Assembly: GCA_016928995.1 (NCBI GenBank)
Contig: JAFGJS010000054.1
Span: forward strand, 86,536 to 150,535
Source: Candidatus Sumerlaeota bacterium
GTDB taxonomy: Bacteria > Sumerlaeota > Sumerlaeia > JAFGJS01
DNA: 64,000 nucleotides
Reading direction: 5' to 3'
The translations under genes were made by a program, and so were the position numbers. This document shows, piece by piece, positions 10,060 through 19,735 of the stretch; positions within the stretch are counted from its first letter, which is position 1; each line of letters opens with the position of its first letter. The notes beneath the pieces were generated by a model, which was not told the DNA's origin, did not search any database, and was given only the letters and a program-made list of their open reading frames with translations.

Positions 10060-11376
10060 ATGTCAAAAATGGAAGTCGCAAAATATATCGAGCCTTACGT
10101 CGAGGCGTATCGGCGGCTGGCCGCGGAACCGGAACTCTGGCTGAAGGAGATGCGCGAAGCGGCGATCACTCAATTCGCGCTGATTGGTTTTCCGGAGACG
10201 CGCCAGGAAAATTGGCGTCATACGGAGCTGAGCCGCCTGACCGGTTACACTTTCGCCACGGCGCGGGATTATCCGCTGGATGACGCGGACATCGCTGAAA
10301 TTCAGTCGCATTATCACGACATCGACGGCGGCGCGCGGCTGGTGTTCGTCAACGGCTGGCTGCATGACGAACTTTCCACGCTCGGACGCCTGCCGGACGC
10401 GGTTGTAATCAGCAGTTTGAGCAACGCGCGCGAGGCGCTGGGCGCTGAAATCGACGAACACCTGGCGAATTACGCCTGCTACGACCGGCACGCCTTCATC
10501 CAACTGAACACGGCGTTCATGACCGATGGATTGTTCCTGAAAATTCCGGATGGCGTGGAGCTGGAGCCGCCGGTTCAGTTGATTTTCTACAGCAAGAGCG
10601 AGGATGCGCCGTCGATCAATCATCCCCGCAATCTGATCATCCTTGGAAAGAGCGCCAGGGCGACGGTTGTCGAAACATACATCGGCTCGCCAGACGCCGT
10701 TTATCTGGCGAATCCCGTGACGGAGATCGACCTCGCGGAAAACGCCGCCCTGGATCATTATAAGATTCAGCTCGAGTCCGGCGCGGCGTTTCATATGGCG
10801 ACGATTCAAGCGCGTCAGGCGCGCGACAGCCGCATGCGTCAGACGGCGATCAACAATGGCGCATTGATCATGCGCAACGACCTCGGTTCGGTGATGATCG
10901 GCGAAGGCGGCGACTGCAAGTTCTTCGGGCTTTATCTGCCCCAGGGCGAGCAGCACATGGACACGCATTCCCGGTTGGATCACGCCGCGCCGCATTGCAC
11001 GAGCACCGAGCTCTATAAGGGCGTGCTGGACGACCGGGCTACTGGCGTCTTCAACGGCAAGATCGACGTGCGGCGCGGCGCGCAGAAAACCGACGCCGTG
11101 CAAAGCAATCATGCGCTGTTGCTGACCGACGAGGCGCGCGTGAATGCGCGGCCGCAATTGGAGATCTACGCCGACGACGTGAAATGCACGCATGGCGCCA
11201 CGGCGGGCGAGCCGGACACGGATGCGTTGTATTATTTGCAGACCAGAGGCATTGACAAGGAAACGGCAAAGGCGATGATTATCGCGGCGTTTGCGTCCGA
11301 AATCATCGAGGAAATCGCGGTCGATGCAGTCCGCGAGCGCATCCAGCAAATTGTGTGGGACCGCTTTTTGCCATAA
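10060..11376 (+). CDS. sufD: Fe-S cluster assembly protein SufD
   Basis: C-terminal EIYADDVKCTHGATAG motif. The ATG at 10060 (MSKMEVAKY) was verified in sequence. The longer ORF start at 9943 would run through the repeat element. Confidence 0.85.
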   Translation: MSKMEVAKYIEPYVEAYRRLAAEPELWLKEMREAAITQFALIGFPETRQENWRHTELSRLTGYTFATARDYPLDDADIAEIQSHYHDIDGGARLVFVNGWLHDELSTLGRLPDAVVISSLSNAREALGAEIDEHLANYACYDRHAFIQLNTAFMTDGLFLKIPDGVELEPPVQLIFYSKSEDAPSINHPRNLIILGKSARATVVETYIGSPDAVYLANPVTEIDLAENAALDHYKIQLESGAAFHMATIQARQARDSRMRQTAINNGALIMRNDLGSVMIGEGGDCKFFGLYLPQGEQHMDTHSRLDHAAPHCTSTELYKGVLDDRATGVFNGKIDVRRGAQKTDAVQSNHALLLTDEARVNARPQLEIYADDVKCTHGATAGEPDTDALYYLQTRGIDKETAKAMIIAAFASEIIEEIAVDAVRERIQQIVWDRFLP

Positions 11377-11384
11377 GGATATGA

Positions 11385-11745
11385 ATGAACCACAGAGGAC
11401 GCAGAGGATTTTTTTTGACAGGATGAACAGGATTGGCAGGATTTTTCGTCACGATGTTCATAAGGATGCGGACAAGATTTTTGAGAGATGCTTGCTTTGT
11501 TGAAAAGCTGTTTTCGTACTCGTACTCAACGTAGCGGCACTCGTACTCGATTTTATCGTTATCTCGCTCGTTTGAAACTGATTTTCGAGAACGAGGACGA
11601 GAACGAGAACGAGACAGAGCGAGATATCCCAAGGTTTTCAACAAAGCAAGAGATGCTTTAAATACTTTTTGTGCATGTTAGTAGTGACAAACTATTAAAA
11701 GCTGGTTCTCTGTGATCTCTGTGCGCTCTGTGGTGAAATAATATC
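11385..11745. repeat. full-length composite MITE-like element (sufD-sufS spacer)
   Basis: Bounded by AACCACAGAGGACGCAGAGG and CTCTGTGATCTCTGTGCGCTCTGTGGTGAA. Internal GGATGAACAGGATTGGCAGGATT, TACTCGTACTC and GAGAACGAGGACGAGAACGAG modules. Confidence 0.6.
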
Positions 11746-11771
11746 GCCCCATTGAATTTGGGAGTTCGAAC

Positions 11772-13037
11772 ATGAGCACTGCGAATATTTACAAAATTAT
11801 GGACGACCCGAATTCGCTCGATATCGACGTGGAGCGGGTGCGGCGCGATTTCCCCATGCTTTCGCAACGGGTGCACGGCGTGCCGTTAGTGTATCTGGAC
11901 AATGCGGCATCCACGCATAAGCCGACGCTGGTGATCGACGCGATCCGGCGGGTGTATGAGCAGGATTACTCGAACATTCATCGCGGCGTGCACGAGCTCA
12001 GCCAGCGCCTGACCATGCAATACGAGGAGGCGCGGGAAAAGATCCGCGTGTTTCTCAACGCCCGCAGCCGCGCGGAGATCGTCTTCACTTATGGCACGAC
12101 GGACAGCATCAACCTTGTGGCGCAGACCTTCGGCCGGGCCAACATCGGTAAGGGCGATGAGATTCTGATTTCTGAAATGGAGCATCACAGCAATATCGTG
12201 CCGTGGCAGCTGCTGTGCGAACAAACCGGCGCGACGCTGAAGGTGATTCCCTTCAACGACCAGGGCAACCTGGCGATGAGCGACGTGGAGGCGTTGCTCA
12301 GCGAACGCACGAAGCTCGTCGCGCTCGTGCATGTGTCCAACGCCCTCGGCACGATCAATCCCATCGGTCCGATCATCAAACTGGCCCACGACGCCGGCGC
12401 GAAAGTGCTGGTGGACGGCGCGCAGGCCGTGGCGCACATGAAGACAGACGTGCAGAAATCGGACGTGGATTTCTACGCCTTTTCCGGGCATAAGGTTTTC
12501 GGGCCGACCGGCATCGGCGTGCTGTACGGCAAGGAAGACCTGCTTGAGGCGATGCCGCCCTGGCGCGGCGGCGGCGATATGATCCGCACCGTCACGTTCG
12601 AAAAAACCACCTACGCCGATCTGCCATACAAGTTCGAAGCGGGCACGCCGAACATCGCCGGCGGCATCGGTCTGGGGGCGGCCATCGACTATGTGCACGA
12701 CATTGGCCTGAAGCACATCAATCATTATGAGAATTCGCTGCTGGCATACATGACGCGTCAATTGCTCAACGTGGAATGGCTGAAGATCATCGGCAACGCG
12801 CCGTGCAAGTCCGGCGCGATTTCATTCATGATCGAAGGCGTGCACCATAACGATCTGGGCCAGTATATCGACCACCTGGGCGTGGCGATCCGCACCGGCC
12901 ATCATTGCGCGCAGCCGGTCATGCAGCATTACGGCGTCACCGGCACGGCGCGCGCTTCGCTGGCGTTTTACAACAATACCCAGGACATTGATCGCTTCAT
13001 CGAAGCCCTCGAGAAGGCGAAGAAATTCCTTCTATAG
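11772..13037 (+). CDS. sufS: cysteine desulfurase SufS (class V PLP aminotransferase)
   Basis: 421 aa. PLP-lysine motif FYAFSGHKVFGPTGIGVLYGK and the RTGHHCAQP region. Confidence 0.9.
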   Translation: MSTANIYKIMDDPNSLDIDVERVRRDFPMLSQRVHGVPLVYLDNAASTHKPTLVIDAIRRVYEQDYSNIHRGVHELSQRLTMQYEEAREKIRVFLNARSRAEIVFTYGTTDSINLVAQTFGRANIGKGDEILISEMEHHSNIVPWQLLCEQTGATLKVIPFNDQGNLAMSDVEALLSERTKLVALVHVSNALGTINPIGPIIKLAHDAGAKVLVDGAQAVAHMKTDVQKSDVDFYAFSGHKVFGPTGIGVLYGKEDLLEAMPPWRGGGDMIRTVTFEKTTYADLPYKFEAGTPNIAGGIGLGAAIDYVHDIGLKHINHYENSLLAYMTRQLLNVEWLKIIGNAPCKSGAISFMIEGVHHNDLGQYIDHLGVAIRTGHHCAQPVMQHYGVTGTARASLAFYNNTQDIDRFIEALEKAKKFLL

Positions 13038-13159
13038 TATCTATCAAAGTTCTTGCGTATTGGTCAGCGGTCACAGCCGAGGGCGGCTGTGCCACATTTT
13101 TCAGAAAGCGCTATTTCTTTCGAGAACCGTTCCAGGTCTTACGGGGCAAACAGAAGCTG

Positions 13160-16100
13160 CTATGACTTCGGTGTTCGGCCGAAAATCACGGGCGAAGAAT
13201 CGTCACGGCCTGCGGGGGAGAAAGAGGGCGCATCGGAGGATTGGATTTTGACCGCCATGTCGCGGATCATACGCGGCAGTTCGATCGTCATGCGCCCTCC
13301 GCGGCATTCCGCGCCCCTCGTTTCGATCTTGCCGTAATACCATGTGTCCCAAAATTCAAGGGTGTAATGACCGTCGCGCAACTCGCTGTCGAAAATGAAT
13401 TCGGCGTTGTCCACGGGCGGATTGAACAGCATGGCGTCTTGATCTCCGGTGAACATCCAGGGCGCTTCATAGAACTTGTCCACGATGTCTTTATTATGGA
13501 ACCATAGGAAAGCCGTATGCTGGCCCGTGCGGCTCATGCAGTAAATGCCATTGGCGTTGTTCACGGGCTGGCGATACATGTACTTCCATTCCTGTTCGCG
13601 CAGGTCGACGCCCTCGATATAGTCGGCGAAAATTTTCAATTGCTCGTCGAGTTTTTCCTGGAAAATCAAATTCCACCACCACGGCATCGGCGCGCCGGAG
13701 GCCGGCATGTGCCAGACGATCCAGGGGCCGTTGTGGAGTTGCAGTTTGAGATGCGGGATCGATGTGCCTTTGGGGTGTCCGCCGTACTCCTCGATGATCC
13801 TGGGCTTGTCGACGCTGGACAGGAAGTAAAGGCGTTTGAACATGACGCTGCTGAAGTCGTCGACCGTATAGGCCGCGGCCTGGGTGTATGTGATGTCGTC
13901 CAGTTGCCAGGTTTGAATATCGCCCGCGTCTTTCACGAATTCGGTGGAGATCAGATGGCGGTCCTGGTCGATTTCGCGGAGATATCCGGCCATTTCCTTG
14001 TGCCAGTTGGCGCGGATGTTTGGATTCGGATTGGTCGTGTCGTTCTCGATCCACAGCGTGTAGCCGAAAAGATTAGGATAAGCGCCCCAGCGCGCGGCCA
14101 CATAACGATGGCGCCGTTTGAAGAGATCGCGCGTTTTCTGGTCGGTCATCGCTTCGGTGTAATGCTTGAGCCACCCGCCGTTTTCAACGCGATAGGGATT
14201 GTTGGTCCACTGGTCGTCCCAGCGTTGGGTGAACGGACCGTGGTGGTTGAGGGCGAGCTCGATCATGATGTCTTTCCGCAGCGCCGCCTCCATCAGATAA
14301 TCCAGTTCCCAGGCGCGTTGCATGCTGTAGCGTCCGACGCCGTGGAAGGTCGGGTATTCCTTGTACCATTCCAGGCCGCACCACCACGCGGTCATCCAGA
14401 CGCGCCCCATGTCGATCTTGTTGCGCTGCATCTGCTGAAAGAAATCGTCGTAAAGATAGGTGCCAGTTTTGGGGTTCAGATAAGTGAAATTTTTCAGGTC
14501 GTAGAACGTGCGGTTGTCGCGCGGCCAGCAAAGATTGATCGCCATCGGGTAGTAAAACTCGCCGTTGCTGAACGCGAAGTATTCGGGGTGCTCCGGATCG
14601 GACTTCAGATAACCGCGAGCATACTCCGAGGGATGAACATCCAGCTCGCAGTATGAGGTGTCGAGCGCGTCGCCATACCGGTCGCTGCCCGTAAGGCGCC
14701 AGCGATATTGCCCTGGCTCGTCCGGCATGAATCGCACAGCCCACTGCGGCGTTCCGATCGCCCGCAAGACTTCGGCGTTGTTGCGAAAGTTGCGGACGTA
14801 GTCCTGCTTATAAAACGCAGGGAGGCGGGTCGTCTTTCCGGACGGCGCGATAAACTCCGCCATCAGGTCGATTTCATCCGGATCGAAAGGATTGTCGTAT
14901 TCGCGATTGAGCGTGAAGTTCGCTTCGTACACCTGATTGCACAGCGCGTCGTCCGGGGCGTCCAGGGAGGCGAGCGTGAAATTCCCCAACGGAGCTTCGC
15001 CTCCAGGGGTGGCGCTCATCAGCGAGGCGCCCTGCACATAGCTATCTCCGGTGTAAACCTTCACTCCGATCTCGCGGACACGCCGCAATTGCCATCGCCC
15101 CCAGACGTCTTCTTGATGCCGGCCTCTCCATGGTTTGGACAGCGAAGCGTGCATATGCAGCGTCGATCCCTTCAGGTGGCTTGAATCGGGTTCGGCTTGA
15201 AACCATTCTCCGTCGTTCACCTTGATGTAGATCATCGGGCGGATCGACTTCATCGAATTCGGGGGAATGCCTTCAAGGAACAGCTCAAGATTCACATATT
15301 GATAGGCGAACCAATCTTCTTCGATCTTGATTTCATTCGCTACGGCGGAGCTGTCGAGACGGATCTCCCGCTGAGAGAGCTGCTCCGGCAATCCCATCCA
15401 GATCGGGATGACGATCGTGGCGATCCCCAGCAGCAGCAGGCCAATACAGAACGGCAGCACGGTCCATGCCGGTCCGAGCGAGGATTCATTCGCATAGGCG
15501 CCGTGGAATCCCTGCTCATGTTTGCGTCCGAACAACGTGGAGAGTCCGTGCGGCGTTTTCATCCATTGGAACGGCGCCCAGAAAAACTGAAGGAATCCGC
15601 GCCATGCGCCCCAGCTCATCAAGAGCCAGTAAATCGGCATGAACAAACCGGGAAACAGCATGCGGTAATACTGGCGCCGCAAGCCGGCGATGAGATGAAT
15701 CAGCACAAAGAAGCCATTGAGCAGCATAAGCAACAGCGCGCCGGCGAAAAGCCATGCCGTCCAGGGCCGGCTGGGATCGAACAACTCCCATTCCCAGGTC
15801 AGCCATGCCCCGATCACCACCCAACAAATGGGCATGACGATCATCGAGTACACCTGGCCGCCGATCACCGCGAGCAGCAGGAGAAATTCCCATGGTCCGA
15901 GCGTCAGCATCGACTTCAGCGGTGAACGGGTATGGATCAGCAGCGTCTGCCAGTAGCCCTTGATCCAGCGCGAACGCTGGCGCAGCCATGGACGCAGCTT
16001 GCAGCAGGCTTCTTCCCACGTCGTGGAATCCAGAATGCGGATGTCGCGGCGGGCGAGGCTTAACCGAATGCCCAGATCACAATCCTCGGTCACATTGTAC

Positions 16101-16897
16101 GCGTCCCAGCCCCCCAGCGTCTTCAGGGCTGAAGTGCGAAAATGATTCGATGTGCCACCAAGCGGGATCGGCGAGCGCAGGGCGTGCAGACCGGGAAGAT
16201 ACAGGTCGAACCACGCGGAGTATTCCAGCGTGAACCACTTCGCCAGCAGATTCTGATGGCCGTTGTAATAATTCAGCTTGGCCTGCAGGCAGTCCACCTT
16301 GTCCGGAAGTTTCCGGAAGGCGCAGATGGCTTTTTTCAGCTGATCGGGCTCCGGCCGGTCTTCGGCGTCGAAGATGACAAGAAACTCGCCGCGTGCGCGC
16401 TCCAGGCCGTAATTGCAGGCGCGCGGTTTGGTTTTGGGATAGCCTTCCGGCACGATGACGATTTCGATGCTTGGCGGCAGCTGCTGCGCCCGCGCGGCGC
16501 GCAAGGTGGCTTCGTCGTCCTGCTCCAACAGCAATTTGATGTCCAACTTGTCCTGCGGATAGTCCAGGCGCTTCATGGCCTGTACGAAATCGCCGACGAC
16601 TTCCGGCTCGCGATACATCGGCGCCAGGATGGTGTAAACCGGCAGCGTGGACTCGTCGAGCGCGGCGAGCTCCTCCGCCGAACACGAGACGGTGAAGCGA
16701 CGGAACTGACCGATGAAGACGGCGATAACTTTAATCAGGATGATAATGGAAAAAAACGTGAGGGTGGTGATGTTCCAAAATTGGATAAACGCTTTCAGGC
16801 TCAGGCTTGCCTGTACGACAAGTCCAATGATGATGCCGATGAAAACACTACGCTGCCAGGGCCGCCAAGGATGTTTGGCTTCGTCGAAAAATTTCAC
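13160..16897 (-). CDS. processive family-2 glycosyltransferase (cellulose-synthase-like) fused to a C-terminal glycoside-hydrolase-like (DUF5060/DUF4038-GH5/GH140-type) domain
   Basis: 1245 aa, GTG start. The N-terminal part has GT2 motifs YTILAPMYRE, FDAED (DxD), VTEDCDLGIRL (TED) and QRSRW (QxxRW), then several hydrophobic TM helices. The last ~700 aa are hydrophilic with Ig-like plus TIM-barrel hydrolase-like sequence. Confidence 0.75.
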   Translation of the reverse strand: MKFFDEAKHPWRPWQRSVFIGIIIGLVVQASLSLKAFIQFWNITTLTFFSIIILIKVIAVFIGQFRRFTVSCSAEELAALDESTLPVYTILAPMYREPEVVGDFVQAMKRLDYPQDKLDIKLLLEQDDEATLRAARAQQLPPSIEIVIVPEGYPKTKPRACNYGLERARGEFLVIFDAEDRPEPDQLKKAICAFRKLPDKVDCLQAKLNYYNGHQNLLAKWFTLEYSAWFDLYLPGLHALRSPIPLGGTSNHFRTSALKTLGGWDAYNVTEDCDLGIRLSLARRDIRILDSTTWEEACCKLRPWLRQRSRWIKGYWQTLLIHTRSPLKSMLTLGPWEFLLLLAVIGGQVYSMIVMPICWVVIGAWLTWEWELFDPSRPWTAWLFAGALLLMLLNGFFVLIHLIAGLRRQYYRMLFPGLFMPIYWLLMSWGAWRGFLQFFWAPFQWMKTPHGLSTLFGRKHEQGFHGAYANESSLGPAWTVLPFCIGLLLLGIATIVIPIWMGLPEQLSQREIRLDSSAVANEIKIEEDWFAYQYVNLELFLEGIPPNSMKSIRPMIYIKVNDGEWFQAEPDSSHLKGSTLHMHASLSKPWRGRHQEDVWGRWQLRRVREIGVKVYTGDSYVQGASLMSATPGGEAPLGNFTLASLDAPDDALCNQVYEANFTLNREYDNPFDPDEIDLMAEFIAPSGKTTRLPAFYKQDYVRNFRNNAEVLRAIGTPQWAVRFMPDEPGQYRWRLTGSDRYGDALDTSYCELDVHPSEYARGYLKSDPEHPEYFAFSNGEFYYPMAINLCWPRDNRTFYDLKNFTYLNPKTGTYLYDDFFQQMQRNKIDMGRVWMTAWWCGLEWYKEYPTFHGVGRYSMQRAWELDYLMEAALRKDIMIELALNHHGPFTQRWDDQWTNNPYRVENGGWLKHYTEAMTDQKTRDLFKRRHRYVAARWGAYPNLFGYTLWIENDTTNPNPNIRANWHKEMAGYLREIDQDRHLISTEFVKDAGDIQTWQLDDITYTQAAAYTVDDFSSVMFKRLYFLSSVDKPRIIEEYGGHPKGTSIPHLKLQLHNGPWIVWHMPASGAPMPWWWNLIFQEKLDEQLKIFADYIEGVDLREQEWKYMYRQPVNNANGIYCMSRTGQHTAFLWFHNKDIVDKFYEAPWMFTGDQDAMLFNPPVDNAEFIFDSELRDGHYTLEFWDTWYYGKIETRGAECRGGRMTIELPRMIRDMAVKIQSSDAPSFSPAGRDDSSPVIFGRTPKS

Positions 16898-16928
16898 CTG
16901 TACGCGCCTATGCTGTTGAGAAAATCAA

Positions 16929-17005
16929 ACCCGTTTTTAACAATTAACGGGGCGGCTGTCAAGAGGCCGTATTCACGGGCAAAGATGAAAAGACAGCCGC
17001 CCCGT
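16929..17005. promoter_or_regulatory. long structured element in divergent promoter region between GT2-hydrolase fusion gene and GT4 gene
   Basis: Perfect 15-bp inverted repeat AACGGGGCGGCTGTC (16945-16959) / GACAGCCGCCCCGTT (16991-17005) with a 31-nt loop. A CCCGTT/AACGGG mini-stem lies just upstream. Confidence 0.35.
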
Positions 17006-17160
17006 TCCTCGCGTAAGGTACCATACTTAACTCAGCTTATCGTCAAAAAGTTTGGCCAGCGGTAAAAAAAACATGATTTATTTTTCAGGTTGCGCACATT
17101 GCCCGGTTTTGTTTCGCTGGAGCCTGATTGCGGCGAAATTGACGGAGGATCCGAGCAAGC

Positions 17161-18261
17161 GTGAAAACGGCCCTGATTCAGGATTGGCTGAACGGCATGC
17201 GCGGCGGGGAAAAGGTGCTGGAGGAGCTCATCGCGCTCTATCCCGGCGCGGATGTGTTTACCTTGTTTTACGAGCCGGACCGCATCAGCGCAACGATCAA
17301 CGCGCAACGGGTGATCGTCTCGCCGTTGCAGCGTCTGCCGTTGGCCCGCACGCATTACCGCTATTACCTCCCGCTGTTTCCCTGGGGCGTGGAGCGTTTT
17401 GATCTGCGCGGTTACGACCTGATTATCTCTTCGAGCCACTGCGCGGCCAAGGGTGTGCGCGTGCCTAGAGGCATTCCGCATCTCTGCTATTGCCATTCGC
17501 CGATGCGCTATGTCTGGGATATGTACGATGCCTATTTTGGCGGGCGCAATCGCTGGAAGCCGGGCGGTTTGGTTATGCCGCTGTTTCGCGGCCGCTTGCA
17601 GCGCTGGGACGTGCGCACGGCCCGGTCGGTCGATCAATTCATTTGCAACAGCCGGCATATCGCGAACAAAATCAAACAATTCTACGGCCGCGAGGCCATT
17701 GTCTGCAATCCGCCGGTGGATCTGGAGAAATTCTCCATCGCCCCGGACGGCCCGGAGGATTATTTTCTGGCGGTCTCCGCGCTCGTACCGTATAAACGGA
17801 TCGATCTGGCCGTGGCGGCCTGCAACCGGCTGCAGCGGCGGTTGATCGTGGCCGGACGCGGGCCGGAGGCGCAACGGATCCGGGCGCTCGCCGGACCGAC
17901 CGTCGAGGTGCGCGACTGGGTGAGCGACGAAGAGCTGGTGCGGCTGTATCAACGCTGCCAGGCCTTCCTCATGCCCGGTCCGGAGGACTTCGGCATCACA
18001 CCCCTGGAGGCCATGGCTTGCGGACGGCCGGTGATCGCCTTGGCCGAAGGCGGCGCGCTGGAGACCGTCGTCGCTGGCAAGACCGGCGAATTTCATAAGG
18101 AGCAGACAACGGAGAGTTTGCTGGAAGTTCTGAAAGCGTTCGATTCCGGAAAATACGATCCGGACGCCATCCGCGCCCACGCCATGACTTTCGGCCAGGA
18201 GCGCTTCAGGGAAGAGATGCGGCAGATCATCGATCAATGCCTCAAGAATACGACGCGATGA
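17161..18261 (+). CDS. glycosyltransferase family 4 (GT-B)
   Basis: 366 aa, GTG start. GT4 C-terminal motif EDFGITPLEAMACGRPVIAL. Confidence 0.75.
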   Translation: MKTALIQDWLNGMRGGEKVLEELIALYPGADVFTLFYEPDRISATINAQRVIVSPLQRLPLARTHYRYYLPLFPWGVERFDLRGYDLIISSSHCAAKGVRVPRGIPHLCYCHSPMRYVWDMYDAYFGGRNRWKPGGLVMPLFRGRLQRWDVRTARSVDQFICNSRHIANKIKQFYGREAIVCNPPVDLEKFSIAPDGPEDYFLAVSALVPYKRIDLAVAACNRLQRRLIVAGRGPEAQRIRALAGPTVEVRDWVSDEELVRLYQRCQAFLMPGPEDFGITPLEAMACGRPVIALAEGGALETVVAGKTGEFHKEQTTESLLEVLKAFDSGKYDPDAIRAHAMTFGQERFREEMRQIIDQCLKNTTR

Positions 18262-18337
18262 AACATATCAAAAATCAAAAAAACTCGGAACTTCTTGCAG
18301 CAGATTCCTGCATAAATCTGGGCGGTGTATATATTCA

Positions 18338-19732
18338 ATGGCTTTTTCTCTTCGAACGATGACTAAAGCGACAAGCATGCCGGGGAAACTGATGCAATGG
18401 CGAGCTGCGTCTGACAATCACGCAGAGGAGGCGCCTGCTGGCTTGCGTTTGATGCATCCGTGTGAAAACTGGGCCGCGATGGGTTTGTTCGCGGTCGTCG
18501 CGCTGGCGCTGAATTCCTTTTATCTGCGTTACAGTCTTCCTCTGGTCGAAGACACGGAGGTGTTGTTTGGCGCGGCGCTGAATGGGCAGTTTGAGTTTTT
18601 TAAGGAATATGCGGGATATATTGCCATCCCGCCCAGAGTATTTTGTCTGATCTGCCAGGTCTTGCCCGTTATGCTGATCCCGAAGGCTTATGTCTTCATC
18701 GCCACAATGTGCAACGCCTTGTGCGCGATGTCGTTTTACCTGCAAATGGCGCATTGGATGCGTTGCTCCCGCCGTTCCGCCGTGGCGTTTTCCTTGCTGT
18801 ACCTGTTCATGTCGAGCGGATGCATCACGTCCTACAACCTGATGTACTGCATCTGGCCGTTATCGCTGGCCGCGATCAATCTTTCGCTGATCTTGCCTCA
18901 ACTCAAAGGCTGGCGCTGGTGGGCGCTGGCGGCGCTGATCGTCTTCGCCGGAATATCGTCGAATCCCCTTTGCGTCATTCTCCCCGCCGGCGCGGCGGTG
19001 TATGCGGTCATGGAGTGCGCCAGGGCAAACTGGAAAAACGCGGCAAGGTATGCTTTTTTCGCCGTGATTCAAATCGTGGTTTTATTGGCCATCATTGAAT
19101 CGCCGCCCGTGACGGTCCTGACCTATACGGATGTCGTCAAAAGGGCTGTTGATGCGATGTATCTGATCCTGGCGCGCGTCATCTCTCCCGTTTCCGGCGC
19201 CATCCATCCGCTGGATTTACAGTTCGTGTTTTTAACGTCCGGTTTTGCGCTGGGCTTCCTGTTTGTGATGCTCTCCAAGGATCGCAGCCGCCACATACAG
19301 TATTACATTTTTGCTGCCATCATCTGCGTGTTCACGTTTCTGCTATGCCTCACCAACCGGTACAATATCTATTATCCGGAAATGATGCATGATGCGGCGC
19401 GGGGGAACAGGTATGTCTATATTCAGTTTTTTTTGTTTCTCGAGCTGCTCTGGATCGCGATCCTGCTGATTCGAAAATCCTTGCCGCGATACGCCGTTCT
19501 TGCTTTATTTGTCGCGCACCTTTGCGGTCCGATTTTGTATTATCCGGCTTTGGTGCAAACGTATGGCGAGCTGGATTATAACGGCGGGGACGATTGGATC
19601 GACCGCAGCAACAGATATAACGACGTGCTTGAAAGTTACGTCCGGCGGATCAATCAAAACGGCGAAGCGAGCGAATTTTACTTGTCGGGATACTGGCGGG
19701 ATCGAGTCTATAAATTGGTGAAGAAAGACTGA
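18338..19732 (+). CDS. polytopic membrane protein of polysaccharide locus (possible GT-C/polymerase-like)
   Basis: 464 aa with at least 10 hydrophobic segments. Sits between GT4 and the priming transferase. No catalytic motif was recognised. Confidence 0.5.
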   Translation: MAFSLRTMTKATSMPGKLMQWRAASDNHAEEAPAGLRLMHPCENWAAMGLFAVVALALNSFYLRYSLPLVEDTEVLFGAALNGQFEFFKEYAGYIAIPPRVFCLICQVLPVMLIPKAYVFIATMCNALCAMSFYLQMAHWMRCSRRSAVAFSLLYLFMSSGCITSYNLMYCIWPLSLAAINLSLILPQLKGWRWWALAALIVFAGISSNPLCVILPAGAAVYAVMECARANWKNAARYAFFAVIQIVVLLAIIESPPVTVLTYTDVVKRAVDAMYLILARVISPVSGAIHPLDLQFVFLTSGFALGFLFVMLSKDRSRHIQYYIFAAIICVFTFLLCLTNRYNIYYPEMMHDAARGNRYVYIQFFLFLELLWIAILLIRKSLPRYAVLALFVAHLCGPILYYPALVQTYGELDYNGGDDWIDRSNRYNDVLESYVRRINQNGEASEFYLSGYWRDRVYKLVKKD

Positions 19733-19735
19733 CGC

